Shown here in pieces: positions 8,926-18,109 of a stretch of DNA of 45,525 nt. This DNA is from a virus. Taxonomy: Duplodnaviria; Heunggongvirae; Uroviricota; Caudoviricetes. Position numbers and translations under genes: made by a program. Every line of letters starts with the position of its first letter. Position 1 is the first letter of the stretch. The stretch lies in IMG/VR virus record IMGVR_UViG_2531839662_000040, positions 1 to 45,525 of that record, one strand, 5' to 3'. Below the pieces are notes generated by a model. It did not search any database and was not told the origin of the DNA. It saw only the letters and a list, made by a program, of their open reading frames with translations.

Positions 8926-9295
8926 AGCCGGTCAGGCGTATCTGGGGTGGGATGATGCCCTTTATCGCCAGACGCTGGCCCGCCTGACCGGTAAAACCAG
9001 CACCACACGCTGCAATCTCGATGAACTGCGCATCATCCGGGAATACATGCACGAACAGGGATTCCCGCGCAAGGCACCCGCTGGTAAAGGTCGCCGCCCT
9101 CGTGTTGCAATGAGCAGAAAATCAGTATTATCCAAAATTGAAGCGTTGCTGGCTGATGCCGGTCGTTCCTGGGCGTATGCAGAAGGACTGGCATCTCACA
9201 TGTATAAGCAACATGTGATCGAATGGCTGACGGATGAACAGCTTTTTGGAGTGATGGTGGCGCTGGTTAAAGATTCAAGAAGGAGAAATCAATGA
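8897..9295 (+). CDS. GemA-like (Mu gp16 family, DUF1018) regulatory protein
   Basis: internal ATG of ORF 8798; LGWDDALYRQTLARLTGKTS...ELRIIREYMHEQGF resembles recalled GemA N-terminal signature. Confidence 0.5.
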   Translation: MLKKMIGAIKAGQAYLGWDDALYRQTLARLTGKTSTTRCNLDELRIIREYMHEQGFPRKAPAGKGRRPRVAMSRKSVLSKIEALLADAGRSWAYAEGLASHMYKQHVIEWLTDEQLFGVMVALVKDSRRRNQ

Positions 9296-9768
9296 TGAAA
9301 AAATGGTTGTTTTGTTTAGTAGGGGTTATTTTCTCTTGTTCTGTGCTGGCACAGACAGAGGAACAGGCGCAAAAGGAACTGAAACGTTATCAGGATATGA
9401 AGCCATTGGCTGAACAGATGCTTCGGGAAAGTGGAAAACTTTATTACGCTATGCCAGAAGCTGCATCGCAGTATCAGCAGGGAAATATTGAAGAGTGGAA
9501 GAATATCAAAAAAGGACTAAAACAACTGGATGAACAGGCCAGTAAACTGGGGGACGACCCGCTTGATCCTGTGTATGGTTCCTGCATAAAAATGAAAAAC
9601 CAGCTACAGGATTACTGGTCTAACGTTATCAGGGATGACAGGCAGTTTCTGGAGCGTTCAAGAAATCAGTTTAAAGAATATCGTATGGATTGTTTTGATT
9701 CGTTTGTTTTTGGTAAAGAGCAAATAGAATCAAGAAAAGGCCTGGTTATTCTAGACCTGACTAAATAA
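9292..9768 (+). CDS. secreted or periplasmic protein with signal peptide
   Basis: MMKKWLFCLVGVIFSCSVLAQ signal-like N-terminus; followed by a strong terminator. Confidence 0.45.
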   Translation: MMKKWLFCLVGVIFSCSVLAQTEEQAQKELKRYQDMKPLAEQMLRESGKLYYAMPEAASQYQQGNIEEWKNIKKGLKQLDEQASKLGDDPLDPVYGSCIKMKNQLQDYWSNVIRDDRQFLERSRNQFKEYRMDCFDSFVFGKEQIESRKGLVILDLTK

Positions 9769-9779
9769 GACTTAGTTTA

Positions 9780-9806
9780 GCCCCTGCCATGCAGGGGCTT
9801 TTTTGT
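9780..9806 (+). terminator. rho-independent terminator
   Basis: GCCCCTGC-CATG-CAGGGGC stem-loop followed by TTTTTTG. Confidence 0.6.
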
Positions 9807-9810
9807 GGTC

Positions 9811-9839
9811 TGTACAGGCGATCATGTATGGCTATAATA
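9811..9839 (+). promoter_or_regulatory. candidate sigma70 promoter upstream of Mor/C-like gene
   Basis: TGTACA, 17-bp spacer, TATAAT; about 29 nt upstream of ATG 9868. Confidence 0.3.
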
Positions 9840-9867
9840 ACAGTAAGTTACTACCGGAGACGCCATC

Positions 9868-10335
9868 ATGCAGACCTTCAGTGAAACAGATCTTCGCGAT
9901 GCGCAGGCACTGCTGCCCGATTCCGTGCAGCAACTGATTAGCGTGATTGGCTTCCCCGCCCTGACCCGGTTAATCCGTTCTTTTGGTGGCGTGACGTTAA
10001 GCGGTAAAACCGGCGCACACGCCGGACGCACCGGCGGTGTCCATGCCCTGTTACATGATGTGCTGACCGAAGACGAAATCAACAAACTGATCCGTTTTCT
10101 TGGCGGCGCACCGTTTTACATTCCCCGTTGCGATCATGCGTTACGTGCCCTGCGTAACACCCGTTTTATGGCTGATTTACAGCAGCATGTAAAAGGCGGA
10201 TGCTCACACCGGCAGGCGCTGGCACTGCTCTGTCCCCGTTACGGGATTTCAGACCGGTACGCATGGCAGCTGATACACCGACGACAAAAACAGACTTCGC
10301 TGAAAAGCCCCACCCAGGTGGGGCTTTTTGATTAA
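9868..10335 (+). CDS. Mor/C-family transcriptional activator
   Basis: 155 aa; FGG...YIPR core and C-terminal HTH-like GISDRYAWQLI typical of the Mu Mor/C family; positioned before the lysis/late genes. Confidence 0.65.
   Translation: MQTFSETDLRDAQALLPDSVQQLISVIGFPALTRLIRSFGGVTLSGKTGAHAGRTGGVHALLHDVLTEDEINKLIRFLGGAPFYIPRCDHALRALRNTRFMADLQQHVKGGCSHRQALALLCPRYGISDRYAWQLIHRRQKQTSLKSPTQVGLFD
10307..10329 (+). terminator. stem-loop plus T-tract inside the 3' end of the Mor/C-like CDS
   Basis: GCCCCACC-CAGGTGGGGC followed by TTTTT. Confidence 0.4.
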
Positions 10336-10360
10336 TGGGCCTCAGAAAAAGGAGACACTT

Positions 10361-10639
10361 ATGACCAACTATACGGCACTTGGCGAGTATACAGCCTACT
10401 CAGAGCAGGCCAGGGATGCTGCCGGACGCCGCTTCGCTTATATGAAAAATCTGGCCAGCCAGCTAAACCGAATGGCTGAACAACCGGATATGGTTGTTCA
10501 GGAAGAAGCGTTGCAGTGTGCCATTGCTGACATCATCGCCAGCGAAAACGAGATGCGCGCAGCGATGGAAAAGGCGAACGCCTCTGCTCCGCTTTGTAAT
10601 AAACCTCTTATTACGCCGGATTCTCTTTCCCGCTTCTGA
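10361..10639 (+). CDS. hypothetical protein
   Basis: ATG at 10361 preceded by AAAGGAG; 92 aa. Confidence 0.35.
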   Translation: MTNYTALGEYTAYSEQARDAAGRRFAYMKNLASQLNRMAEQPDMVVQEEALQCAIADIIASENEMRAAMEKANASAPLCNKPLITPDSLSRF

Positions 10640-10659
10640 TTTATCACCCCGCCGCCGCG

Positions 10660-10686
10660 GGGTGCTGAACTCCCCCAGCAGTACCC
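10660..10686 (+). promoter_or_regulatory. conserved late-operon motif, copy 1 (GGGTGCTGAACTCCCCCAGCAGTACCC)
   Basis: one of three copies sharing the 9-nt core GTGCTGAAC (copies 1-2 share 23 of 27 nt); upstream of the lysis cassette; TTATC element about 20 nt upstream. Confidence 0.4.
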
Positions 10687-10822
10687 ACCACACCAGACCG
10701 TTTACCCTGTCCACTCAGACCACAAGGCACCTTAAGGGATAGCGCCCGGCAAAAGTCATTCTGTGCCTTTGACCGGGTGTTATTTACGGGCCGTCAGTGG
10801 CTCAGATTTACAGGAGAAACTC

Positions 10823-11215
10823 ATGTCTGAACCCTTATCAGGCGGCGGAGCTGTGGCAGTCACCATCGGTGGTGCCAGTGTGTTTGGTCTTCTCACCAAT
10901 ACCGATTTCGGGGTCGTGGTGGGCGCGTTTGCCGGGGCGCTTTTTGTTGTCACGCAGCAGAAAGAAATCCCGGTCTGGCGAATGGCCATCCACCTGCTCG
11001 TCGCGTTTGTGGTTGGCGTTCTGGGGGCTGGCGTGGCTGCGTCACTGATGCAGTGGCTGACCCACTACAACGACAAGCCGCTAGATGCATTGTGTGCGGT
11101 CGGTGTCTCGGCGTTATCCATCAAGATACTGACCTTTCTTTATCAACAGGAAATTTCATCGCTGTTCGGCCTGTTTTCCAGACTGCGCGGCGGAGGGGGT
11201 GGAAATGGAAAGTAG
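10823..11215 (+). CDS. holin-like membrane protein
   Basis: ATG at 10823 after CAGGAGAAAC; several hydrophobic helices; first gene of lysis cassette. Confidence 0.4.
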   Translation: MSEPLSGGGAVAVTIGGASVFGLLTNTDFGVVVGAFAGALFVVTQQKEIPVWRMAIHLLVAFVVGVLGAGVAASLMQWLTHYNDKPLDALCAVGVSALSIKILTFLYQQEISSLFGLFSRLRGGGGGNGK

Positions 11216-11501
11216 CCTTGCCGGTATCGTGAACGTCTGGCTGTGTCTCGCCATTGTATTGGGGTTGTTTGTGTATCGCCGCCACGGTGCGGCGCATAAA
11301 CCGATGATTACCTGGCTGGCGTACTGGCTGATGCTCGGATACATCATCATCCCGTTCCGCTGGCTGTCCGGTACATACACGCACTCCAGCTGGCTGGTTG
11401 TGGCGCTGAATCTGGTTTTCTGTGCGCTTATCGTGTGGGCGCACGGGAATTTGTCAAAAATCCTTTCGTTACTGAGGCATCCACATGAAATCAAAAGATG
11501 A
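11199..11501 (+). CDS. small membrane protein (holin or antiholin candidate)
   Basis: 100 aa with about three hydrophobic segments; overlaps endolysin start. Confidence 0.4.
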   Translation: MEMESSLAGIVNVWLCLAIVLGLFVYRRHGAAHKPMITWLAYWLMLGYIIIPFRWLSGTYTHSSWLVVALNLVFCALIVWAHGNLSKILSLLRHPHEIKR

Positions 11502-12030
11502 CATTTTTGATGAAGTCCTGGGCAAAGAAGGCGGTTACGTCAATCACCCTGACGATAAGGGCGGTCCGACCAAATGGGGCATTACGGAAAAAGTCGCCCG
11601 CGCCCACGGATATCGTGGCGATATGCGCGATTTAACCCGCGAACAGGCGCTGGACATCCTTGAAGCTGATTACTGGTATGGCCCGCGATTTGACCAGATC
11701 GCCGCATTATCCCCTGATATTGCCGCAGAGCTGTGTGATACCGGTGTGAATATGGGGCCAACCGTGGCGTCCAGAATGCTTCAGCGCTGGCTGAATGTGT
11801 TCAATCTGCGCGGCAGGATGTACCCGGATATGGACGCAGACGGACGCATCGGGCCTCGTACCATCAGTGCATTGCGCGCCTTCCTGAATTATCGCGGTCA
11901 GGACGGCGAACGGGTGATGCTGAAGGCCCTGAACTGCACGCAGGGTGAGCGCTATCTGGAACTGGCAGAGAAACGCGAGGCTAACGAATCGTTTGTTTAT
12001 GGCTGGCTGGAGGGGCGCGTGGCGGTATGA
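11485..12030 (+). CDS. endolysin, GH108 lysozyme with C-terminal peptidoglycan-binding domain
   Basis: N-terminal EGGYVNHPDDKGGPTKWGIT is the GH108 signature; 181 aa. Confidence 0.8.
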   Translation: MKSKDDIFDEVLGKEGGYVNHPDDKGGPTKWGITEKVARAHGYRGDMRDLTREQALDILEADYWYGPRFDQIAALSPDIAAELCDTGVNMGPTVASRMLQRWLNVFNLRGRMYPDMDADGRIGPRTISALRAFLNYRGQDGERVMLKALNCTQGERYLELAEKREANESFVYGWLEGRVAV

Positions 12031-12209
12031 CGCGTCAGCACTGGACACACAGAACGCCACGTAAAGCTGCGCGCTGTGTTCTGGCCCTGTTTCTGATGAT
12101 GTTGCTTCCGGTGGGATGCACAGACATTAACAGAGCGGGCCAGCTGTTTGACGCGGCGGCGCAGGTCTGCCGGATTATTGACGGCATCCGGCAGTGTTCA
12201 CAGAACTGA
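12027..12209 (+). CDS. small lipoprotein (possible outer-membrane spanin-like lysis component)
   Basis: signal peptide with lipobox LLPVGC; ATGA overlap with endolysin stop; mature part lacks the Pro-richness of typical Rz1. Confidence 0.35.
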   Translation: MTRQHWTHRTPRKAARCVLALFLMMLLPVGCTDINRAGQLFDAAAQVCRIIDGIRQCSQN

Positions 12210-12229
12210 TTTTTTGAAGGTCTGACACA

Positions 12230-12436
12230 GTGAGCATTATCAGATTTACAGAATGCGCAGGCTCAGGGAGCGCCAGCGCTGTCATGGTAGTCGCTGAACG
12301 CATCACCCATTTTTACCGTCAGTGCGGTGCATATGGTGGCACGGTCATTGAACTGGATACCGGGAAAAACGTGTTTGTTCTTGAAAATCCCGACGAAGTT
12401 AAATGCCTGATTGAACAGGCTCAGAAGGACACTTAA
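12230..12436 (+). CDS. hypothetical protein
   Basis: GTG-start 68 aa ORF. Confidence 0.25.
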   Translation: MSIIRFTECAGSGSASAVMVVAERITHFYRQCGAYGGTVIELDTGKNVFVLENPDEVKCLIEQAQKDT

Positions 12437-12936
12437 TGGCGTGGTCACAGGATATCAGGGACAAAGTCCGTAACGGGTACATCTTTGACCAGCTTCCGCT
12501 GGATATCGTCGCCATGAAGTACGCCGTGCCGCACGACACCGCGCGGCGCTGGAAAACGCAGGCAATGAAGAACGGCGACGACTGGGACAAGCTGCGGGCC
12601 GCGCACGCGCTCGCCGGTGACGGGCTGGAAAGTGTCGCCCGCACCGTGCTTATCAGTCTGGTGGTGAAGTGTCAGACGACGCTTGAACGGCTGAACCAGA
12701 ACCCGGACATCCCGCCGCAGGAGTCCGTCGAACTGCTGGCGAGTCTGTCTGACAGTCTCAGTAAGGCGGTGGCCAGCAGTAAAAAAATCCTGCCGGAAAC
12801 CGACCGGCTCGCCACGGCACTGGAAGTGGTGCAGCGGCTCGGCGCGTTCATCAAGGAGCGTCACCCGGCACAGTATGCCCCGTTTCTTGAGGTGCTCGAA
12901 GGCTTCGCTAAAGAGCTTGAGGATAATTTCAGTTAA
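12436..12936 (+). CDS. small terminase-like protein (Mu gp27, DUF1804-like)
   Basis: 166 aa immediately upstream of large terminase, as in Mu. Confidence 0.45.
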   Translation: MAWSQDIRDKVRNGYIFDQLPLDIVAMKYAVPHDTARRWKTQAMKNGDDWDKLRAAHALAGDGLESVARTVLISLVVKCQTTLERLNQNPDIPPQESVELLASLSDSLSKAVASSKKILPETDRLATALEVVQRLGAFIKERHPAQYAPFLEVLEGFAKELEDNFS

Positions 12937-12970
12937 CCACAGCGGCCCGGTTTTCCGGGCCGTCTGATAT

Positions 12971-14629
12971 TTGTATACCAGGTGTGACGTGGCAAAACGT
13001 AAACTTTCCATTAAAGAGTTTCAGAGAAGCCTGCAGGAGTACATCGCCAACCTCCGCCAGACCATCGAGGCTGAATGTCTGGGGTTCGATGTTAACCCGC
13101 AGGCCACACAGGCCCGCCGGGCGGCAGTCTGCGACCCGGTGACGGGCTACGATTATTTTGTCGAAAACTATTTCCCGCACTACGTCCGCAACCCGGCAAA
13201 AAGTGAGCTGCATAAATACCTGTTCAGCCGTCTGCCACAGGTAGTGGCAAGCCCGGACCCGGAGAACGACGCCATCGCCGCGCCTCGTGGTGAGGCAAAA
13301 TCCACGCTGGTGACTCAGCTGTTTACCCTGTGGACCATTATCCGGGGTATTAAGCATTATCCGGTCATCATTATGGACAGTATCGACCAGGCTTATCCGA
13401 TGCTGGAAGCCATCAAGGCTGAACTGGAATTTAACCCCCGTTTAAAAAACGATTTCCCGGAAGTGTGCGGGCAGGGTCGCGTCTGGCGTATGGGGACCAT
13501 CGTCACGGCCAACAATATCAAGGTGACCGTTGCCGGTAGTGGTAAAAAGCTGCGTGGTCTGCGCCACGGTCCGTACCGTCCTGACCTGGTTATCCTTGAC
13601 GACATCGAGAACGACGAGATGGTGCGTAATCCGGAGCAGCGCGACAAGCTGCATGACTGGCTCACCAAAACCGTGATGCCGCTGGGCGAGGCTGGCGGTA
13701 AAACCGATATTATTTATATCGGAACCATCCTGCATTACGACTCCGTGCTGTCGCGCACGCTGAATAACCCGATGTGGAAAACAGCCCGCTTTAAGGCCGT
13801 TATTCAGTGGCCTGCCAATATGAAGCTGTGGGACGAGTGGGAAGAACTCATCCGCAACAAACAGCCGGAAGCAGCGGAGGCACTTTACCGACAGAACGAA
13901 GCCGACATGCTCGCCGGGTCGGTGGTGTCATGGGCGGCGCGTCCCCTGCTGGCACTGATGAAAATCCGTGTTCGTGACGGTCATGACACCTTTGATTCTG
14001 AATACCAGAACGACCCGGTCAGCGGTGAAGATGCGCTGTTTGCGGGCTGCATTAAGTTCTGGGTTAACCGTCTTGATGAATGGGTGTTCTACGGCGCTGT
14101 TGACCCCAGCCTCGGGAAGAAGAATAAAAACCGCGACCCGTCGGCCATTCTCGTGGGGGGCTTTAACCGCTTTACCGGCATTCTGGATGTGGTTGAAGCC
14201 GATATCCGCCGACGTCTGCCGAATAAACTTATCGAAGACGTGATCAAGTATCAGCGTGAATATCACTGCCTGTGCTGGTCGTTTGAGTCCGTCCAGTTTC
14301 AGGAGTTTCTGCGTACCGTGCTGGTTGAGCGTTCGGCGGCGCTGGGTGTGCCGGTTCCGGCGCTGCCGGTCATCCCGCTGGAGGATAAGGCGCTGCGTAT
14401 CGAATCCCTTCAGCCGCATATGGCCAACGGCCTGATCCGCATCAGTCACACACATCAGACACTGATTGACCAGCTGCGCCACTACCCCAAAGCCGACCAC
14501 GATGATGGCCCGGACTGTCTGCACATGCTGTGGACGCTGGCGGTATCGCGCAGCGCAAAATTTCAGATACACACCCCACGCAGCACCGGGCGTGACCGTG
14601 GCGGGCGTTTTGGTTCAGGAGGATGGTAA
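12971..14629 (+). CDS. terminase large subunit (Mu gp28-like)
   Basis: 552 aa; position and size match; true start could be slightly downstream. Confidence 0.75.
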   Translation: MYTRCDVAKRKLSIKEFQRSLQEYIANLRQTIEAECLGFDVNPQATQARRAAVCDPVTGYDYFVENYFPHYVRNPAKSELHKYLFSRLPQVVASPDPENDAIAAPRGEAKSTLVTQLFTLWTIIRGIKHYPVIIMDSIDQAYPMLEAIKAELEFNPRLKNDFPEVCGQGRVWRMGTIVTANNIKVTVAGSGKKLRGLRHGPYRPDLVILDDIENDEMVRNPEQRDKLHDWLTKTVMPLGEAGGKTDIIYIGTILHYDSVLSRTLNNPMWKTARFKAVIQWPANMKLWDEWEELIRNKQPEAAEALYRQNEADMLAGSVVSWAARPLLALMKIRVRDGHDTFDSEYQNDPVSGEDALFAGCIKFWVNRLDEWVFYGAVDPSLGKKNKNRDPSAILVGGFNRFTGILDVVEADIRRRLPNKLIEDVIKYQREYHCLCWSFESVQFQEFLRTVLVERSAALGVPVPALPVIPLEDKALRIESLQPHMANGLIRISHTHQTLIDQLRHYPKADHDDGPDCLHMLWTLAVSRSAKFQIHTPRSTGRDRGGRFGSGGW

Positions 14630-14632
14630 TTA

Positions 14633-16228
14633 ATGGCACAGCTTGTTGATATTTACGGACGCCCGCTGAAACGTGAGGCACTCAAAACCACGCAGTCGGT
14701 CAGAGTGGCGGAACGGCTGCGCATTTATCCCGACCACCCGTCCCGTGGTCTGAACATCAGAAAACTGCCACGCATTCTGGAAGCTGCCGAACGCGGCTAT
14801 CTTCCGGCGCAGGCGATGCTGTTTGCGGATATGGAAGAGCGTGATGGTCATCTGTTTGCCGAGATGGAAAAGCGCAAAAAAGCGTTGCTGACGCTGGACT
14901 GGTCGGTGGAGCCGCCCCGCAATGCCTCGAAGGCAGAAAAGGAGCTGACTGCCGCCGTGGATGAGTGGCTGCACGGCATCCCGGACATGGAGGACATCAT
15001 CCTCAACGGGATGAGCAGTGTCGGTTACGGCTTCAGCTGTCAGGAAATCAGCTGGGCGTTCGTGGATAAAACGTGGTTACCGGATGCGGTGACACTGCGA
15101 CCGCATAACTGGTTTATTACCCTGCCGGAACACAATGACGAACTCCGGCTGGATGACGGCAATCGTGGGGAAGATGGTAAAGACGGTTCCGCGCTGTGGC
15201 CGTTCGGCTGGCTGGTTCACCGTTACAACGCCCGGTCGGGGTTCCTGGGTTCATCCGGCCTGTTCCGCGTACTGGTCTGGCCGTATCTGTTCAAAAACTT
15301 TGCGCTGCGTGATATGGCAGAATTTCTGGAGATTTACGGTCTTCCGGCGCGCATTGCCTACTATGCACAGGGCACCAGTGACGAGGACCGGGACAACATT
15401 CTCGAAGCCCTGGTTAATCTGGGCCATGAAGCGGTGGCAGCCCTGCCGCAGGGTAACGAAATCGAGTTCAAGGAAGCCGCGTCCGGCGGGCCCGAGGCGT
15501 TCATGTCGATGGTGGAATGGGCGGAGCGTACCACCTCAAAAGTGATTCTGGGCAGTACGCTGACCAGCCAGGCTGACGGTAAAACCTCCACCAACGCGCT
15601 GGGTAATGTGCATAACGAGGTCCGGCACGACATTCTGGCCGCCGATGCGCGCCAGCTGTCCGGCATGTTCAGCAGCCTGATACAGATGATGGCCAGCCTC
15701 AACGGCTGGCAGGATATCCCGCCACGCCGTCTGCCGCGTCTGGTGTTTGATGTGCAGCAGGAAGCCGACATTAAGGGCGTGGCGGACGCCGTCAACGTGC
15801 TGGTCAACAATGTGGGGATGAAGGATATCCCTGTGTCGTGGGTACGCAAAAAAACCGGTATCCCCACCCCGAAAGACGGCGAAGAGGTACTGGTGCCGGT
15901 GGCACAGCATCTCCCTGTGCAGGCGGGCCTCAGCCAGCTGCGTGAGCGGCTGAATGTTGCCGCGCTCAGTCAGCAGGACAACGGGGAGGACGACCCGGCA
16001 CAGCGCGCCATCGACCGGGCAGAGCTTCCGGCAGAGGCCATCGCGCAGGGGATGAACGAACTGGTGGCCCCACTGGTGCAGGCCATACAGGAAGGCCGGG
16101 ATGCAGACGAGGCCATGAACGTACTGGCGGAAGCATGGCCGGAGCTGCCGGATGACACGCTGCGGCAGTTGCTGACGCAGGCATTTTTTGTGGCGGATAT
16201 CTGGGGGCGACTGAATGCCGACAGCTGA
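14633..16228 (+). CDS. portal protein (Mu gp29, DUF935-like)
   Basis: 531 aa directly after terminase. Confidence 0.75.
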   Translation: MAQLVDIYGRPLKREALKTTQSVRVAERLRIYPDHPSRGLNIRKLPRILEAAERGYLPAQAMLFADMEERDGHLFAEMEKRKKALLTLDWSVEPPRNASKAEKELTAAVDEWLHGIPDMEDIILNGMSSVGYGFSCQEISWAFVDKTWLPDAVTLRPHNWFITLPEHNDELRLDDGNRGEDGKDGSALWPFGWLVHRYNARSGFLGSSGLFRVLVWPYLFKNFALRDMAEFLEIYGLPARIAYYAQGTSDEDRDNILEALVNLGHEAVAALPQGNEIEFKEAASGGPEAFMSMVEWAERTTSKVILGSTLTSQADGKTSTNALGNVHNEVRHDILAADARQLSGMFSSLIQMMASLNGWQDIPPRRLPRLVFDVQQEADIKGVADAVNVLVNNVGMKDIPVSWVRKKTGIPTPKDGEEVLVPVAQHLPVQAGLSQLRERLNVAALSQQDNGEDDPAQRAIDRAELPAEAIAQGMNELVAPLVQAIQEGRDADEAMNVLAEAWPELPDDTLRQLLTQAFFVADIWGRLNADS

Positions 16229-17381
16229 CGATGTTGACCTGGGGTATGCGTACACCCTGAAACCGGAAGAAGCGATTAAGTATTTCGAAAGCAAGGGATA
16301 CGTTATCGGCTTCCGCTGGCACGATGTGAAGGACATCGCACACGCCCGGGCGTTCACGGTGGCGGGCGTGCTGAAACTGGATGTGCTGAAGGATATCCGT
16401 GATGGCCTGACGGCGGCACTGGCTGACGGCGGGACGTTCCGGGAGTTTGCTGCACAACTGGAGCCGTTACTGGAGAAAAAAGGCTGGCTGGGTAAACGGC
16501 TGATTGTGGACGAGGACACCGGCGAACTGCACGGCAGACAGCTGACGCCGCGCCGGTTGCGCACGATATTTGATACCAATATTCAGTCGTCATACAACGC
16601 CGGACGTTATCAGCAGCAGATGGCGAACGTGGCTGACCGGCCTTATTTTGAGCGCGTGGCAGTGATGGACCTTCACACACGCCCGAAACACGCCGCCCTG
16701 AACGGCTTTACCGCCCGGGCGGATGACCCGGTCTGGGAGTATTTCTACGCGCCTGACGGGTACGGATGCCGCTGCCGTATCCGGGCGCGTTCGGCGTCTG
16801 ATGTGGAGAAATATGGCCTGACGGTGCAGAGCAGCGAGGGGCGACTGGTTGAGGTTGAACAGGAATATGGCCAGCCGGGCCAGACCATCAGAACAATGGG
16901 GCTGAAGATGCCGGACGGTTCCGTGTATACCGCCGACCCGGGCTTCGGATTTAATCCCGGTCGGGTGGCATGGCAGCCGGAACTGGAAAAATACGATTAC
17001 CGCAGCGCCCGCCAGTATGTCACCGGCACCCTGACCGGGCCGGATTTTGCCCGGGGACTGGCGAACGTCAGCGAACTGGATGCGCGCCAGCGATATCCGC
17101 TGGCCATCCGTTCACCGGAACAGGTCGCCGCCACGGGGGCCGCACGGCAGACGGTAAACCTTACGGCTGACGTTATGAAGCGCCTCAGTGCAACAGACAC
17201 GCCCCCGACCGCCGCCGACTATGTGCTGATGCAGCAGACCATCGAACGGGCGGAGCATGTCACGCAGGACGGCAACGCGTGGCGGTATGCGTTACAGTCT
17301 GGCGACCGCTGGTCAGTGGCGACGGTTGAGGATGACGTGCTGACAGACTGGGTTATGCAGGACACCCCGGAGGCATCATGA
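16215..17381 (+). CDS. Mu F-like head morphogenesis protein
   Basis: 388 aa; GYGCRCR motif region typical of Mu F-like proteins; follows portal. Confidence 0.7.
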   Translation: MPTADDVDLGYAYTLKPEEAIKYFESKGYVIGFRWHDVKDIAHARAFTVAGVLKLDVLKDIRDGLTAALADGGTFREFAAQLEPLLEKKGWLGKRLIVDEDTGELHGRQLTPRRLRTIFDTNIQSSYNAGRYQQQMANVADRPYFERVAVMDLHTRPKHAALNGFTARADDPVWEYFYAPDGYGCRCRIRARSASDVEKYGLTVQSSEGRLVEVEQEYGQPGQTIRTMGLKMPDGSVYTADPGFGFNPGRVAWQPELEKYDYRSARQYVTGTLTGPDFARGLANVSELDARQRYPLAIRSPEQVAATGAARQTVNLTADVMKRLSATDTPPTAADYVLMQQTIERAEHVTQDGNAWRYALQSGDRWSVATVEDDVLTDWVMQDTPEAS

Positions 17382-17929
17382 GCGGCGGTAAACTGGATAT
17401 TAAGATTGATTTAAGCGCGTATAACACCACGCTGGGGAAACTGATTCGTTCCGTGAAGGACCGGCGCGACCTGATGACGGCACTTGCAGGCTCCATGCTG
17501 GATGCGGTTGAGACTAACTTTGAACAACAGGGTCGCCCGAAATGGATGGGCTGGAGTCCGGCTTATGCGAAGCGACGCGGCCCCGGGCAAATCCTCCAGA
17601 AGTCCGGGCGACTGGCTGCCAGTATCCGCTCTGCGGTTAACAATAACGAGGCCACGGTCGGGACAAACGTCCGTTACGCCCGTATCCACAACGAAGGCGG
17701 CGAAATCCGCCATCAGGCACGGACGCAGAACCTGTATTTTAAACAGTACAAAAACGGCAGCGTCAGCACCCGCTTTGTGAAAAAGCGCAACAGTAATTTT
17801 GTGCAGAGCGCAACGGTCGGAGCGTATACGGTCAACATGCCCGCGCGTCCCTTCCTTCAGCTTGTGCAGGACGACATCGACGAGCTGGAGAACACTGCAA
17901 ACCGCTATTTTGCGCGTGTGATTGACTGA
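17378..17929 (+). CDS. Mu G-like virion morphogenesis protein
   Basis: 183 aa, position after F-like gene. Confidence 0.55.
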   Translation: MSGGKLDIKIDLSAYNTTLGKLIRSVKDRRDLMTALAGSMLDAVETNFEQQGRPKWMGWSPAYAKRRGPGQILQKSGRLAASIRSAVNNNEATVGTNVRYARIHNEGGEIRHQARTQNLYFKQYKNGSVSTRFVKKRNSNFVQSATVGAYTVNMPARPFLQLVQDDIDELENTANRYFARVID

Positions 17930-18020
17930 ATGGTCACAAACGCGCTGTAATCGTCTGTGACAACATAAACGCCTCACGGATGAGGCATTACAGCACCGCA
18001 CCCCATAAATGCCGTCAGAA

Positions 18021-18045
18021 TCGTTTTTAAAAGGGTTTTAAAAAC
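18021..18045 (+). terminator. AT-rich palindromic hairpin CGTTTTTAAAA-GGG-TTTTAAAAACG
   Basis: perfect 11-bp arms followed by T-rich tract, between G-like and I-like genes; second hairpin GCCTCA-CGGA-TGAGGC just upstream. Confidence 0.3.
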
Positions 18046-18082
18046 GGTTTTATTTCCCATTTTATCCTTTCCCGTTATGGCT

Positions 18083-18109
18083 GGGTGCTGAACACCCTCA
18101 ACAGTACCC
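18083..18109 (+). promoter_or_regulatory. conserved late-operon motif, copy 2 (GGGTGCTGAACACCCTCAACAGTACCC)
   Basis: 23 of 27 nt shared with copy 1; overlaps the GTG start of the I-like gene. Confidence 0.4.

Noticed and set aside
10494-10742. ORF 10494..10742 whose 3' end overlaps the conserved late motif
   Set aside because: It overlaps ORF 10361..10639 in another frame and has Arg/Pro/Ser-rich composition; the motif is conserved at nucleotide level at three sites, so it is more likely a DNA element than coding.
12949-12968. Stem-loop GGCCCGGTTTTCCGGGCC between small terminase-like and large terminase genes
   Set aside because: No T-tract follows, so it is not a convincing intrinsic terminator; possibly an RNA structure but the evidence is too thin to call.
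15536-16579. Long minus-strand ORF (347 aa), plus others such as 12445..13011, 13928..14572 and 20549..21145
   Set aside because: They lie entirely antisense to well-supported + strand structural genes (portal, F-like, terminase), have Arg/Ser/Pro-rich low-complexity translations typical of antisense frames in GC-rich coding DNA, and have no RBS context.
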